Counted from the first letter of the stretch, positions 1-13,570 are shown. The stretch is DNA of 64,000 bases from Narcine bancroftii (GCF_036971445.1 NC_091472.1:182218001-182282000), one strand, 5' to 3'. Notes: generated by a model not told the origin, from the letters alone. Translations and numbers: made by a program.

Positions 1-455
1 CCTGGTGAACAGCTACAAATTTAGATCCCTTATTCGTTGCTCTAGTAACCTCCTTGAACCCTAACATTTTTGAGGTTACAGTATTTATGTGTTTGTTTTT
101 TTTAATGCATTTCTTCCCTTCAATGGTTACTTTTAAGGTGAAGTAAGCTTTGGACCCTCATGAAAACTCCACTAGAAATATCAGTCATTTTCCGCTTGCA
201 CCCCTTGCAGTGTGTTGAGTGAGTTTTTGCACCAAAGTAAAGAGGGACTTTTATAAACACCTTGTATTAGTGATACCAATGGTAGCATTACCTCCGATTC
301 TTCTCCAGTTATGGACCACTGCCCTTCTTTTTACTCCAGATTTCTGCTTCTGCGGTATATTGCTATCTAGCTAGCAATAGAGTAGAGAGATCCAGAATCC
401 TTGGGCTCTTTTCCACAGATCTTCCTGCAGCTTTTTCATAAGGAATGGATACCAT

Positions 456-748
456 AGTCTGAGCACCGGCCACCGTGATGTGACAAACCCCTAAACCCCC
501 GATATATGTTTCATTCCTTAGTTTTGAATGTCCCGAATGTTGTGGTTGGTTAAGTGTTAAGTGTTGAACGTTGAGGGGGTAACGGTTGTGGAGGGAAGGG
601 GATAGATAAAGCTTGAACTCCACAGAAAACCTTGTATAGAATTGATAATTGTAAACTGTAATCAATGTTCATGTTGTCAACGTTAATATTGATAAGATTG
701 TTCGAGTTTAAGTTTGGAAAATCACAAATAAAATATCGACGATAAACC
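456..748 (+). mobile_element. 5'-truncated LINE 3' UTR (L1-like) with 12-bp TSD
   Basis: AATGGATACCAT at 444-455 and 749-760; G-rich tract, then AATAAA near the 3' end. Confidence 0.6.
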
Positions 749-1732
749 AATGGATACCATTTTCTAGGCTGGATGCTCATCCTAACCTCTCAGAACTGCA
801 ATGTGGTAATCTTGAAGACAGCCTCATCGTGGAAACATGGACCACTGGTAAGTAAATGAGTCGACTGCTTAGCCCCTCTGAAACTCTGTTAGATCCCTAT
901 TGACCTATATCTTAAATATATTTGCATATCACCATTCATTAACCCTTAGTATTATTGACTGCCATACTTCTATCAATTACAGTTTGAAATAATCAATAAA
1001 TCTGGCTTCCATGATCTTGAAGAACATTTTTTAAAGATTTCTGCAACATTCTACTTCCTAATATCCTTCTGAATGCCCAACCGGCCCAAAGCATCGGGTC
1101 AGGACCCGAAGGTCTCCGTGTTATTCCCCTGCAGTCCCGTTGCAGGGTCTTGACCTGAGACATAGACCACCATTTTGCCTTCACAGATGCTGCTTGATTT
1201 CCTCCAGCAGTTCACTTTTTTCCACCAAGTTTCCCAGGTTCTAATGGTACCAAGTCACAGTAAAGGCCAGATGTTCTCAGACGTAGGTGGCTGAAATCAG
1301 CAGAATTTTTGAGCCGTATTTTGAAGGGTCAGGGAGCCGGAAGTTAGAGATGGCCAGGCTTTTTTCATATGCTTGCCTCATTTGCTCACACACATCCGGT
1401 GTAAATGCATCTATTTTCATGACAGCTGCGGCGTTGAACATTTAAGCCAGAATGCGAGATAAAGGAACAGCGGCATCATCAAAAATGTCAAAATGTTTGA
1501 CATTCCTCCTATCTGTCAAGATGAGCTTACAATCTTGGACCCTCAGTAAATTGTCTCCTGTTTAACAGCATTATACAAAGGGATCTCCAATACATCTGAA
1601 AAAGTTCAAGTAAATTTCCTTCCTTTTGTGAGACCAAACTGTCCTTTGACATGGAAATTATCACATCAGCAGCTGATTGCAAAATAACCTATGACCACCA
1701 AGTTCATATAACATTTGATTCTTAATTTTTAT

Positions 1733-1975
1733 TAAATTTAGAGAAAAAGCGCAGTAAAGGGGGTCCTTTTGGTCCACAAACCCCTGCTGCCCAAATGCAC
1801 CCATGTGAGCAATGAACCTCATAAACCTGTACGTCTCTGGTACATGGGAGGAAACCAGAGCACCTGGAGGAAACTCACTCGGACACTGAGAGATCATACA
1901 AACCCTTTGCAGGCAGCACCAGATTTGAAAATGGCTCTCTGGCACAGTACCGGCAATACCATTGCACTAACTGCT
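1733..1975 (-). mobile_element. HE1-like tRNA-derived V-SINE (decayed)
   Basis: Reverse strand carries the GGTTTCCTCCCA core and CR1-like 3' tail; aligns by eye to 27092-27342. Confidence 0.7.
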
Positions 1976-2657
1976 TCATCAAGGGTGATTCACATCAAGT
2001 ACCTCACTATAACATGACACATTGACACAATGAGTCATATTTTCTCTACAATGATCAGCTCATTTAAGGGCTGATAGACATCCTCATTCCCTAAATTCCT
2101 AATCGCTACTATTTCTATTGACAGGGATATGGTTCCAAATGTTTTTGAACTTCATTTATGCAGTTTCTTTCAATGTCAGCAAAGAATTGGCAACAAAAAC
2201 TTCCATTGATACAGCATCTCAACACAATCCTCAGGAGATTCATGGAAATGTTATCAAACAAGATTTTGTGTCAAGCTTGGCCAAATATTTGAGTTTTAAG
2301 AAATGTTTAAAGAGAGAACTAAACGTGGGGTTCTGGAAACTGGGACCCCAATATGGAAAATGGGCAATTAAAATTAAGAACTGTGAGATAATTGATAACT
2401 TGAAGGGTTGGAGGGCGCCAGAAAGTTACAGTAAGAGGGAGGGGTGAAGTTTGGAGCAATTGGAGTACAACGTCAGTGCGTCTCTTTGCTTTTGAAGTGA
2501 CAGAAGTGGCCATCATATGAATTGGGTGAGGAAAAGGTTTGAGAGGCTAAACCAGTCTCTGCATAAATTTAGAGTGAAAGACGAATTGGCTGAAGCATCC
2601 GAGATCCTGAGGGTCCTTGACAAGGTGGATGTGGAGAGGATGTTCAAGGATCTAGAA

Positions 2658-2855
2658 ATGTGGTTCTCAACCATTTTTGGTCTAAGGCCCACCTAGCTTC
2701 AGGCCTAACATGTCATGGCCCTCAGTATGACTGAGCAATATTTTCAAGTCATAGGCAGGGCTGTAAGAAACACTTCTTTATCTAATTTGAAGTATTTTAT
2801 TTAACATTTCTAGAGATGTGGAAACATGCTGTGGCCTACTAGTTGAGAACAACTG
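2658..2855. mobile_element. hAT/Charlie-type MITE inserted in a CR1 remnant
   Basis: Termini ATGTGGTTCTCAACC...AGTTGAGAACAACTG; 8-bp TSD ATCTAGAA at 2650-2657 and 2856-2863, matching the NTCTAGAN preference of Charlie elements. Confidence 0.85.
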
Positions 2856-3221
2856 ATCTAGAATTGTGGATCAATGTTTGACATGCTGGGGTTGCCGTCA
2901 GAGGGGTCATAAGTCTTTTGAACTTTCTTTCTCAAAAGTGGAGACAGAGCCTTTGAATATATTTTAAGATAGTGTTAGGTAGGTTCTGGACAAGCAAGAA
3001 GACACAAGGTTACTGGGGACACTCCAGAATTGTGGTTAGAATTTGATCTGTCTTTACCTTGTTGAACTCGGTGCATGTCCAAGGGGCTGAATGTCGTTCT
3101 CCTGCTCCTCTTCATTCGTACCTTTGAATGTTCAGGAGCTTGCACCGGAAAGAGATGCTCTTCTGGGAAAATTAATTGCTTGAAACGTGGACATTGCATT
3201 CTCAAAATTTTTAAGTTTAGA

Positions 3222-3451
3222 TTTTCAAATTTGGACATACAGCACGGTGACAGGCTCTTCCAGCACACAAGCCTGTGGCGCCCAATTACACCCAAATGAT
3301 GTGCAACTCCCGTACGTTTCGGAGGGTGAGAAGAAGCCAAGCACCCCGGGGGAAAACCCACGCAAACACACTGGGACAACATACAGACAGTGCTGGATTT
3401 GAACCCAGGCCACTGCCATTGTCCCAACAGCTACGCTAGCTGTCCTGCCCC
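3222..3451 (-). mobile_element. HE1-like SINE
   Basis: B-box GGTTCAAATCC on the minus strand and tail GTGCTGTATGTCCAAATTT. Confidence 0.8.
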
Positions 3452-3810
3452 CAAAGACTAAATGTCGAAGTCATCAACTGCATATTTAGAACAATGCTGC
3501 AGCATGAATCACCATTTCCAGGAAAACGTTCACCATATCGTGGAAATAGGTTCAGCCCAAAGTTGTCCTTTCACATGCAGTTTTACTTTTTTATTTGCAG
3601 AACAATATTTCCATGTTTAGAGGGCAGTGCATGCCCACTAACTGCTTTGGATAGGCTAATGTTAAATAGTTTGCTTCAGTGGATAAGAAAAACAGCAATA
3701 TTGTGATGCCCAGGAATTGTCTGATGAGGATTTCTTTGAAGCTGGGTTTTGCCAGTGAATAAACAGGACAAGTACAGGACATGATCAGAAAGTAAACAAG
3801 GAAGAGTAAC

Positions 3811-4062
3811 TGTGGTGATACGACCACTAGCCTACTGCAGGGGATGATCTCTGTACCTGCAGAAGGACCACCTGGGGGCTGACTCCACCTGGCCGGCTGT
3901 CAATCAGCTGACCTGAATACAAGCCTGAGGCAGCCCCTCCAGAGCCAGTCACTCAGGAGCCACCACAGCTGAAACTGATGTGTACAGACTTTGAGCAGAA
4001 TAAAGCCTGTAGAACAGTCTTTAGTGTTTTGTGTCTGCTTGCTGCTACCACAGCGTGTCACA
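3811..4062 (+). mobile_element. Solo LTR, 252 bp
   Basis: TGTG...CACA termini, 5-bp TSD GTAAC (3806-3810, 4063-4067), AATAAA at 3999-4004. Confidence 0.85.
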
Positions 4063-4403
4063 GTAACACAGTGAATATCTGCTTCAAGGCTCTATTTACA
4101 CTGGGTCATGCCTGTTCTCCAAAGCTGACCAGAGCTGGTGCATTTTCCTGTGATTTTGTGCATTTCCCTCAGATACATAGCTAAACATATGAAGACTGAT
4201 GGGTTGAATGGCCAATGTAAACTGCCCCTCCTGTGTCTGTGAGAGGGAGAATATGGGAGAAGTTGGTGGAGTTGTGGGGAGATTGAAAATGGGATCAGTG
4301 TTTATGGGTGCATGGTGGAATTCCAGGCTAGGTGGGTAGAAGGGATTCTTTCTGTGCACCATAGGTACTTCGATGTGAATCAAATGAGTGAATGTCAATA
4401 CTT

Positions 4404-5035
4404 CTTTTTTTAAACTTTATTAAAGATTTTATAACATGAATAACATATAGGATTACATTTAAAAAAAATTAAGAATAAAATAATAAAATTACAATACAAT
4501 ATCAGTATCAGTATCCCCAATAATTATTACACATTAATAACCCAACTCAAATTAGTCCAACCCCCCCTTTCCCCCCAAAATAAAGAGTGAAGAATTAATA
4601 AAGTTAATAATATATGTGAGAAAAAAAACCCACTTACAAAAAAAAAACAAAAACATACCGATTAAAATACTAACAAAAAGAAAAGTAATTAATACTAAAA
4701 TATCAGACTTAAAAAAACATATTTAAATCAAACTTAAATGCATATATTTAACAAACGGAGTTAAGATGAAACATATATATAACTCAAACTTAATATAAAA
4801 AATTAGTAAAGTTAGTAACATTATCTATCAAAAATTCTTAAACAATAATCAATTCTTAAAAAAAATTGTAGCATGAAAAAAAAGATGAAAAAAAACTTTC
4901 TCTAACGAGATAAACCTTCACCAAATATCAACTAACTTCACATCTATCATCATATTAGTCATATAAACCACCATCTTAAAACAAAATTCAAATCTCATTA
5001 AACATTGTACAATTCAATTTTAGTACTCTTCCACC
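4404..5035 (-). mobile_element. L1-like AT-rich 3' UTR
   Basis: Poly-T followed by TTTATT (AATAAA and poly-A on the minus strand), C-tract, extreme A-richness. Confidence 0.6.
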
Positions 5036-5039
5036 AGAA

Positions 5040-6240
5040 TGCCAATACTTTTGATAATAATGAGATTACTGTCATATCCATTGTATATATGCACCAAAAT
5101 TCCTTACTGTAGCCAAATTCAAGATTTAATTTATTGTCATAGTATCATATTACATGAAATTTCTTTTTGCCTGCTGCAAGGCAGACAGATTCGCCACCAG
5201 CAGAAATTGCCTAAGTGCCTCTTACAGTCAGACATACAGTGAAAGAGCGAGAAGTAAAAGAGAATCTCCCCAGAGTCACCGAGGATGGTAGATTTGCCTT
5301 CAGCGCTTCTGCATCTCCCGCCTCCTCAGAGTCCAGTCCAAACCATTGGGCAACCTGAGCTCCAGATCTGAACCTCCGACATAGTCAGGAACCCTTCAGC
5401 GCCCTCGGCACCTCCTCATATCCAGGTTCCGATACCTGGTACCCTTTCAGCCAGTTTGAGCCAGTCTGCAGCAGTCCGCAGCCCGGTGTGAGTCTCCCAA
5501 CAGCGGTCTCTAGCAGCCGCGGCTTGCACGGTTTCCTCGCCTCGAGTCGCCAGCAGCCCATCACATGCACAGGCCCCTCATCCGCAGAGCCCCCTCACTG
5601 GTCCGCTGTCACGGTCGCCGTCCCCTCGGGTCGTCTCTCCTCTGCTTCTCCCTCTCTGACAGTCCTCTGATGTCCTGCTCCAATCCTTCATTTCCCTGGA
5701 GGCAGTGGCTGCTGCTAATTAATAGGCGACACCATCTTGGGCGCAGGACGGCGGTTGCAGGATTTCAACTAAATGGGCCTGTCAAAGCCCGTGCAGAGCT
5801 GACGGCAGTCGACCGGTGGATGGACCCTGCGGCACCACTGCAATGCCACTCCCTCGCTACCCATGGGTCTGCAGCGGAAGCGCTGCCACTACAGCGGCTC
5901 TGGAAATAGACACTTCATTATAAAAAAATAACTATACATATAGATTAATTAAAAATAGACAATAAATACAAAAAAAGAGCTTGATAATAAATATTCACAG
6001 TGCAATTAAAAAATGGCATTACAATAGGGCAGATCGTCCTTTTGCGGAACAGTTCTCTGGTTAGTGTAACAGAGGTCGGTTCAAGAGGCTGACTGCTGTT
6101 GGATAGAAATTGTTCTTGAGCCTATAGGTGCTGGCTTTCAGGCTTCTGTACCTTCTAGGTGCAGGTAGCAGTAATAAGAGGTTGTGGCCAGGAAGATGTT
6201 GGTGGCCTTTTTGAGGCAACGCTTCCCATAGATGTCTTCA
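5040..6240 (-). mobile_element. Rex1/Babar 3' remnant interrupted by a GC-rich non-autonomous repeat (~5117-5910)
   Basis: 6070-6240 resembles the Rex1 3' coding end also seen at 46300-46450; TTTATTGTCAT tail at ~5130; abrupt GC shift at 5270-5900. Confidence 0.5.
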
Positions 6241-6503
6241 AAGGAAGGGATTTTTTTGACAATAACCATAAAATTTGCACTTTTGTTCTCTGAGAAGGAA
6301 TGTTAACCCAGTGGAGAATAATTTCCAATAAATTGTGCTGAAAAAAGATTTATAATATTCAAGCATATTGAAATATTTAAAGCCATTTAGAAATATCTGT
6401 GCTCCTGATGACTTGTCTTTTGTAGGTGTCCAGGTTTCCAGGTCGAGCTCCCACATTCTGTTTTGTAAATAGTGTTGCTATGTTGTTCTGATGGTACATA
6501 TGT

Positions 6504-8318
6504 TTTTTTCTTTGGCTTGACTTCGCGGACGAAGATTTATGGAGGGGGTAAAAAGTCCACGTCAGCTGCAGGCTCGTTTGTGGCTGACCAGTCCGATGCG
6601 GGACAGGCAGACACGATTGCAGCGGTTGCAAGGGAAAATTGGTTGGTTGGGGTTGGGTGTTGGGTTTTTCCTCCTTTGCCTTTTGTCAGTGAGGTAGGCT
6701 CTGCGGTCTTCTTCAAAGGAGGCTGCTGCCCGCCAAACTGTGAGGCGCCAAGATGCACGGTTTGAGGCGTTATCAGCCCACTGGCGGTGGTCAATGTGGC
6801 AGGCACCAAGAGATTTCTTTAGGCAGTCCTTGTACCTTTTCTTTGGTGCACCTCTGTCACGGTGGCCAGTGGAGAGCTCGCCATATAATACGATCTTGGG
6901 AAGGCGATGGTCCTCCATTCTGGAGACGTGACCCATCCAGCGCAGCTGGATCTTCAGCAGCGTGGACTCGATGCTGTCGACCTCTGCCATCTCGAGTACC
7001 TCGACGTTAGGGGTGTGAGCGCTCCAATAGATGTTGAGGATGGAGCGGAGACAACGCTGGTGGAAGCGTTCTAGGAGCCGTAGGTGGTGCCGGTAGAGGA
7101 CCCATGATTCGGAGCCGAACAGGAGTGTGGGTATGACAACGGCTCTGTATACGCTTATCTTTGTGAGGTTTTTCAGTTGGTTGTTTTTCCAGACTCTTTT
7201 GTGTAGTCTTCCAAAGGCGCTATTTGCCTTGGCGAGTCTGTTGTCTATCTCATTGTCGATCCTTGCATCTGATGAAATGGTGCAGCCGAGATAGGTAAAC
7301 TGGTTGACCGTTTTGAGTTTTGTGTGCCCGATGGAGATGTGGGGGGGCTGGTAGTCATGGTGGGGAGCTGGCTGATGGAGGACCTCAGTTTTCTTCAGGC
7401 TGACTTCCAGGCCAAACATTTTGGCAGTTTCCGCAAAGCAGGACGTCAAGCGCTGAAGAGCTGGCTCTGAATGGGCAACTAAAGCGGCATCATCTGCAAA
7501 GAGTAGTTCACGGACAAGTTTCTCTTGTGTCTTGGTGTGAGCTTGCAGGCGCCTCAGATTGAAGAGACTGCCATCCGTGCGGTACCGGATGTAAACAGCG
7601 TCTTCATTGTTGGGGTCTTTCATGGCTTGGTTCAGCATCATGCTGAAGAAGATTGAAAAGAGGGTTGGTGCGAGAACACAGCCTTGCTTCACGCCATTGT
7701 TAATGGAGAAGGGTTCAGGGAGCTCATTGCTGTATCTGACCTGACCTTGTTGGTTTTCGTGCAGGAGCAAGGGGGAGACGGCGGCCCCGGCCTCGGTCGA
7801 GTGAGGCAGGCGGAGGCCCCGGTCCGGACAGGGAGTGGGAGGCGGCGGCCCCAGTCCAGGCACAGGGAGAGCAGCAGCGGCCCCGGCCCCGGTCCGGGCG
7901 AAGGGTAGACGGCGGCGGCCCCGATACGGGCAGGAGCAAGGGGGAGGCGGCGGCCCCAGTCCGGGCACAGGGAGAGCAGCGGCGGCCCCGGCCCCGGTCC
8001 GGGCGAAGGGTAGACGGCGGCGGCCCCGATACGGGCAGGAACAAGGGGGAGACGGCGGCCCCGGCCTCGGTCGAGTGAGGCAGACGGAGGCCCCGGTCCG
8101 GGCAGGGAGTGGGAGGCGGCGGCCCCAATCCAGGCACAGGTGAACTGCGGCGGCCTCGGCCCTGGTCCGGGCAGTATGGACCGACCTAGGAGGGGAGGCA
8201 GGCCCCTCCAGCCCGGGTAAGAAACCTGCATAGGAAAAGGCCACTCCGATATAAAACCTACGACCCAAGGACCTCGCTGCCACGTCCCAGCTTGCTTGGC
8301 CACGGCACACGAACCATG
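6504..8318 (-). mobile_element. Young RTE/BovB-type LINE insertion, 5'-truncated, with an appended GC-rich segment
   Basis: RT (KQGCVLAP, LFADD) and C-terminal CxxC...H zinc finger in 6562-7764; 11-bp TSD GGTACATATGT at 6493-6503 and 8319-8329. Confidence 0.95.
7761..8172 (+). repeat. GC-rich higher-order tandem repeat (about 27-40-bp GGCGGCCCC subunits; 105-bp and 274-bp periods)
   Basis: GCAGGA(G/A)CAAGGGGGAG recurs at 7761, 7930 and 8035. Confidence 0.9.
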
Positions 8319-8959
8319 GGTACATATGTAACCTTGGGTTAATATCAGATAGTCAGCTCACTGACAGTGTTAGCCTGTTTCAGCTTTATTCTCTGAAAAG
8401 CGATTTGAATCTTCAAACCGGATTTAGAATCGGTCTCACTCAAGTAACTACATGTCAGAAAACATTCCATTTGCAGTGAAATGTTTCAAACTAGTCTGAA
8501 TTTGTGATTGGTGCTATGTATATGCAAGTCTTTTCCTTTGTTCCCTTACTCGCACAGTAACTGCGAGATCTACCATTATTCCCCACTGCACCCCTACAAA
8601 GATAGGTGATTCTGAAAAGGCTTTTCAAGGTGGACACCAAGAAGCAATTTCTCAGAGTGGGAGGGCATGCATTGAGGCCGATAAACCTTATCATCTGAAG
8701 GTTGCGAATCTTTGCAGTTCTCACTCCAAGATGCCTGGAAGTGGTCAAGCATAGAATAAAATAAAAGCAGGGTTGGTTAGACTTTTAGGATCCAGAGGGA
8801 TCGATGTATGCGATGATCAGATGGGGAAGTGGATTTGAAGTCATCATCTTGTTGAATGGCCACACAGGTTCCACATGTCATCAACTCATGGAGTCATACT
8901 GTCCTGCAATGTAAATACATGCTGACGTCTATGCTGACCATCAATACAGATAGATTCTT

Positions 8960-9400
8960 ATCCCATTTATCAGCACTTTTAACATCTTGCCAATTCAAGT
9001 CTCTATCCAGATGCTTCTTAAGAGCTATGACAATATCTGCTTTACCATCTTCTTGGGCACTATATCCCAGACATCAGCTATCCTGTGGATGAAATTAATC
9101 TTCCACGGATCCCATCGAAACTTGTTACTTCTTACCTGAAACCTATTTCCTCTGGTTTTAGACACCTCCGTCAAGGAGAAATGTTTTCTACTATAGGAGT
9201 CATAAAGCACAGAATCGGCCCTTCGTCCCACTGAGACCCAGCCTACCATCAACCACCCATTTACATTAATGCTCAAATGCTCATGAACTCTCCCTAGATT
9301 CTAGCACTTGGCAACATAATGGAGGACATTTACAGAGACCGCACCAACCCCCATGTCATTGAGATGTGGAGGGAAATCGGAGCACCCAGAGAAAGGCCAT
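8960..9400 (-). mobile_element. CR1 3' remnant followed by a decayed SINE
   Basis: Minus strand translates to EVSKTRGNRFQVRSNKFR (CR1 ORF2 C-terminus); SINE tail from ~9195. Confidence 0.6.
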
Positions 9401-10764
9401 CCACCGCCTGCTTTTGCCTCTCATAATTATACTCGCTTCTATGGCCTTCTCTGCTCAGTGGAAAGCAAACTCGGCACCTCTCAATACCTGAAATATTCTC
9501 ACATTTTTACAAAAAACTACTGAAGAAACCCAGTGGAGGGAAAGGAAAGGAAAACATGCTATTGAATCTCCTCTGCACCCTCTTTTGTGTGAAGGCCTAC
9601 TTTGGTGCTTCTTTTGTTCACCCCTGTTCTCCCCTGCCTCATTCCAATCCACACCCTCTGAATAATGCACAGCCTCATTCTAAAGAAAACGATGGTAACA
9701 CGTGCATTATCGGATTTGTACTTTTGTGCTGCACTTCACTTTCAAGTCCATTTTGCCTTGTATTCGCAACAATATCCCTCATCCAACCACTAACTGATTT
9801 TCATATTTATTTGAAAAAAAACTTATCATGGATTTATTGCACTTTAATTATCCGTCTTTATCCTTACCCAGGTCTCAAGAACTTATTATTTCTCTTCATG
9901 CTGTGTTCTTGAGAGGTGCTCAGGTTTCAGTGTTATATTCTCTTGATTCTTCTCCCTGTATCAACGCTACACACTTAGTCCCTCACAGCACACCATGTTT
10001 TTGTCTCATCTCATGCTCCAGTAGCTGGCTTGCGCCCATGTCCACTAGCTATGCTGCAGTCCCTTACCGACATCTGTGTTCAAGCATGGGACCTCTCGCT
10101 CATCTGACCTGATGTCTGTGTCTACAAGCCGTGCTTTCCTGGCATCAGCTCATGTCTGTCTTTTATGAAGCCTTTGTCTCTTTTTCCTGCTCTCTGCGTT
10201 TAAGGGCTATGCTCTTGATTCCTCCTTCAGGGGATTTGCTTATAATTAGAAAACACTCTTATACTTCTGCCATTTTTCCAACTGTTTTGATCCTATATCC
10301 TTTGTGTTCAGCTGTAATATATTCTTTCCCACACAGCACAGCTATTTTTAAGCATTTCATGTGCTCTCTTCTGTATATCACTTCAGTTATTTCTGAATAT
10401 CATGGTTATAATTTTTAGCATATCGCTCTTTTCTGTCATGAACGTAACTCTAGGTGTCACCTTTTGTTTATGTTATGTGTAGATTTCTTTAAGGATTCAA
10501 TCCTGACTGCATTCTGGTTTATAAATCTCCTCCTCTGGCACTCGTTTCTTATATTTTGATTCAGTATTGATCGACCATATAGACTTCAAATGGATTTATT
10601 GATTCTAACTTTCTATCTATCAACCATAGTTCCGATTTGATGGTTATGATCTTTTTTAAGCCACTCTGTCAGAGCTTGTTCTCACTTCTCCAGCTGCATT
10701 AACATTAACCAGTTCACATCGCAGTAAAGTACAGAACAATCTTGCCAGTAGCAGGTCTCATCAA

Positions 10765-11000
10765 CTTAGACATACAGCCTGGTATCAGAGGCCCTTTCAG
10801 CCCACAAGCCCATGCCGCCCAATTGGCCTACAAGCCCCCGGTATGTTTTGAAGGGTGGGAGGAAACCAGAGCCCCCCCTGGGAAAAACCCACACAGACCC
10901 AGGGAGAGCGTACAAACTCCTTGCAGACAGTGCCAGGTTCAAACCCAGGTCATTGGCGCTGTAATAGCGTTGCTCCAACCGCTACGCTAACCGTGCCACC
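10765..11000 (-). mobile_element. HE1-like SINE
   Basis: Same head, core and tail as 27092-27342 in reverse. Confidence 0.85.
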
Positions 11001-13264
11001 TTTCCAGTTTTGTAAAGTCAACGGGTAGAGAAATGCAAAAAAAGGCTGAGCTTTTCTGTATTCTCCCTGCTATTGTGAATTTTCATTTTTTAAGATGGCT
11101 GTAGAAAGCTGAACGGACATGCCTTTTAATTCAAACATTGCTGAGACTGGTATGACATGTTTCATTTAATTTAAAATTCATGTTAAAAAAAACCCCAAAT
11201 TTACTTTGCAGAAACTTAGTCAAGACAGTTAGCTTTTTTTTTTGGTGTAAGCCTCATATCAAACAATGACTGTACGGATTATTCTGAGCAAAATCTTCTG
11301 CTTGCTTATTCCTTGTGGGCAAGTGTGATTCAGCATGACTGAGGTTTGCTCCTGCTATGATTTTGCAGAAGTCTCCAAAGTTAAGTTCTTATTTCTGGGC
11401 GTTTGTTTGTTTCCCCTCCAGAGTAGCATTGCATGTTATTTGAAGAGTAAGACTCCGTGTCCTGGTAGAAAACTTCCCCTATAAGGACTCCTCGTGAAAG
11501 TGGTTGGTTGCACAGCTTGATTTACCCAACCTCATGATATTTTAGCTGCATGTTCATTGTTCCTTCTTTCACCATGAAAGTACCCCATTGGAAAAAGGAA
11601 GCAGATATATTTGCATCAATAATTCTTGTTCAATTTATATCTCAGTTCTTTAAGGCAACTGCATGGAATTCCCAATTACTATCCATTTAAGATTGTTTCA
11701 GTTTCAGTTATGAGCTCCTGTAGTCCCTCAAATAATGTAAGATCATAGCTACTCTGTATGCAGGCTTCATAGCTTTGAGACAACCCTTACTGCACAATGG
11801 TAAGATAAATATTTTTAATACTTCTCTCTAAAACTGACATAGGTTGACATGGGCTCAGTAATAGTTTCCTATTCAAATACAGTTTGCAATTTGAAAATCC
11901 ATTAAAATGATGTTTTTAATATAAATACAGCTGTAGTTTGAAATATTAAGAGCAATAATGTCCAACACCAGCATGGATTCAATCAACCAAACAATATTTA
12001 GATTTATTGTAACAATTTTTCCTTTGTTACTTTCCCAGGGACTGAATTTCTGACCATTGATAAATTTGATTCTAAGGATGTGCTCACACTAAAAATAGGT
12101 AACATCACATGGCAGGATAGCAAAGGTATTCCTTGAAATTTGAAGAGGAGGCTTCTATCCATCAGACATGCCATTTGTGAGGCAGGACTGACAAACCAGT
12201 TGATAATGTGAGACTGGATATAAATCACAGAAAATGTCAAATCTGAATCATATTGACATGTGAATCAAATTAGTCCAAACAGGAACATTAAGATGCAACC
12301 AATTGTCATTGAAATATAACATTGGTCCTCTAGAATTCACATGAATGGTTTCAGTGAAAAAGGGAGTCATAAGCTTTCTATGGTGGTGGTTTATCTACAA
12401 TGCTAATTTTGTGCTAGGGTGCCAAGATGTAAATTTACTTATTGCCTTTACATTAAAATACAAAAAAATATAAACACACCATGCTTCCTTACACTTCCTG
12501 CATTTTCCCTTTGGTCCTGGCCAAACTGTTGCCGGGACTTCTGTTTAAAACTGAGCTACTTGGTGCTGTGTCTGTCTGAGACTCACTGTAATGCCAAATG
12601 AAAGTACACTATGAAAATCTGCAGTTTCTACAAAGTGTGAGACCCAGTTGTCTTCCATTTCACCTGCGGTATTATTTATTGGCACATTGATCGACTAGTT
12701 TGCTAGCCCTCCAGACAGTTGGGGAAATTAGTGGGAAAAAATATACCCACCTGTTTTTGTGGAATGGGAAAGAGCAATTTCATTTCCGAGAGGCAGCATT
12801 TCACATTGGAGTGGAGTTTTGCGCTGGAGTCTAGAAATGTCAGCACGCTTTTGCTTACTTTGAAAATAAAGCAAGTCTATGTTGATCAACAGCCAGCTAT
12901 CAACCATTCTTCCAGAGAAAAGAAACAGCTTTGCAAGCAACTGAAGCCTGAGGTCCAACAGAAAATCCATGGACGAAAAGACTGATTATGGAGGACAGAC
13001 TAATAACACCATAGATTCTTCAGAACTGGTTAAAAGTCAAGGGCCCACTCAGCTGATCCCTAAGATGAGGGCAAAATCATTAAGAACCAAGAAGAAGTTA
13101 ACATTTTCTCAAAGAAACACTCTGAAGATCTCGAATGTGACCTTGTCCATGACTTGAACACAATTGACTCCATTCAATGGTCCAGTGTCTTAGCCATTCC
13201 TGACTGAATGGAAGAGGAAAATGTTTAATGCCTTTCAAAATAGCAAGATGTTGGGAATAGAGGT

Positions 13265-13570
13265 TAAAAACACACAGAAATGCTGGAGGGACTCAGCAAG
13301 GAGATAAAGATATCACTGACATTTCAAACCTGAGCCCTTCTTCAAGGTACAAGCAAAGAACAGGAAGGTGTCAGAATAAAGAATGAAGAACGGGAGGGGG
13401 AGGAAATTGATGGTAATGCCATCTGGTTGGAAGGCGCCCAGCCAGAAGATGAGGTCTTGTCCCTCCAATTTGCTGGTGGTCTCAGTATGGGAGAACATGA
13501 GACCTTGGACAAACATGTCAGCCAGGGAATGGGACAGGGAATTGAAATGTGTTGGGAATGGAGGATAACA
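13265..13570 (-). mobile_element. Penelope-like element 3' fragment (GIY-YIG C-terminus plus terminal repeat)
   Basis: HFNSLSHSLADMFVQGL...KLEGQDLIFWLGAFQPDGITINF; decayed TTGAAGAAGGGCTCAGGTTTGAAATGTC motif. Confidence 0.85.

Noticed and set aside
6562-8325. 587-aa ORF as a novel Pro/Arg-rich RT fusion gene
   Set aside because: The N-terminal part is a stop-poor GC repeat open in several frames, fused by the insertion junction, and its ATG lies in the TSD. The RT lacks its N-terminal motifs.
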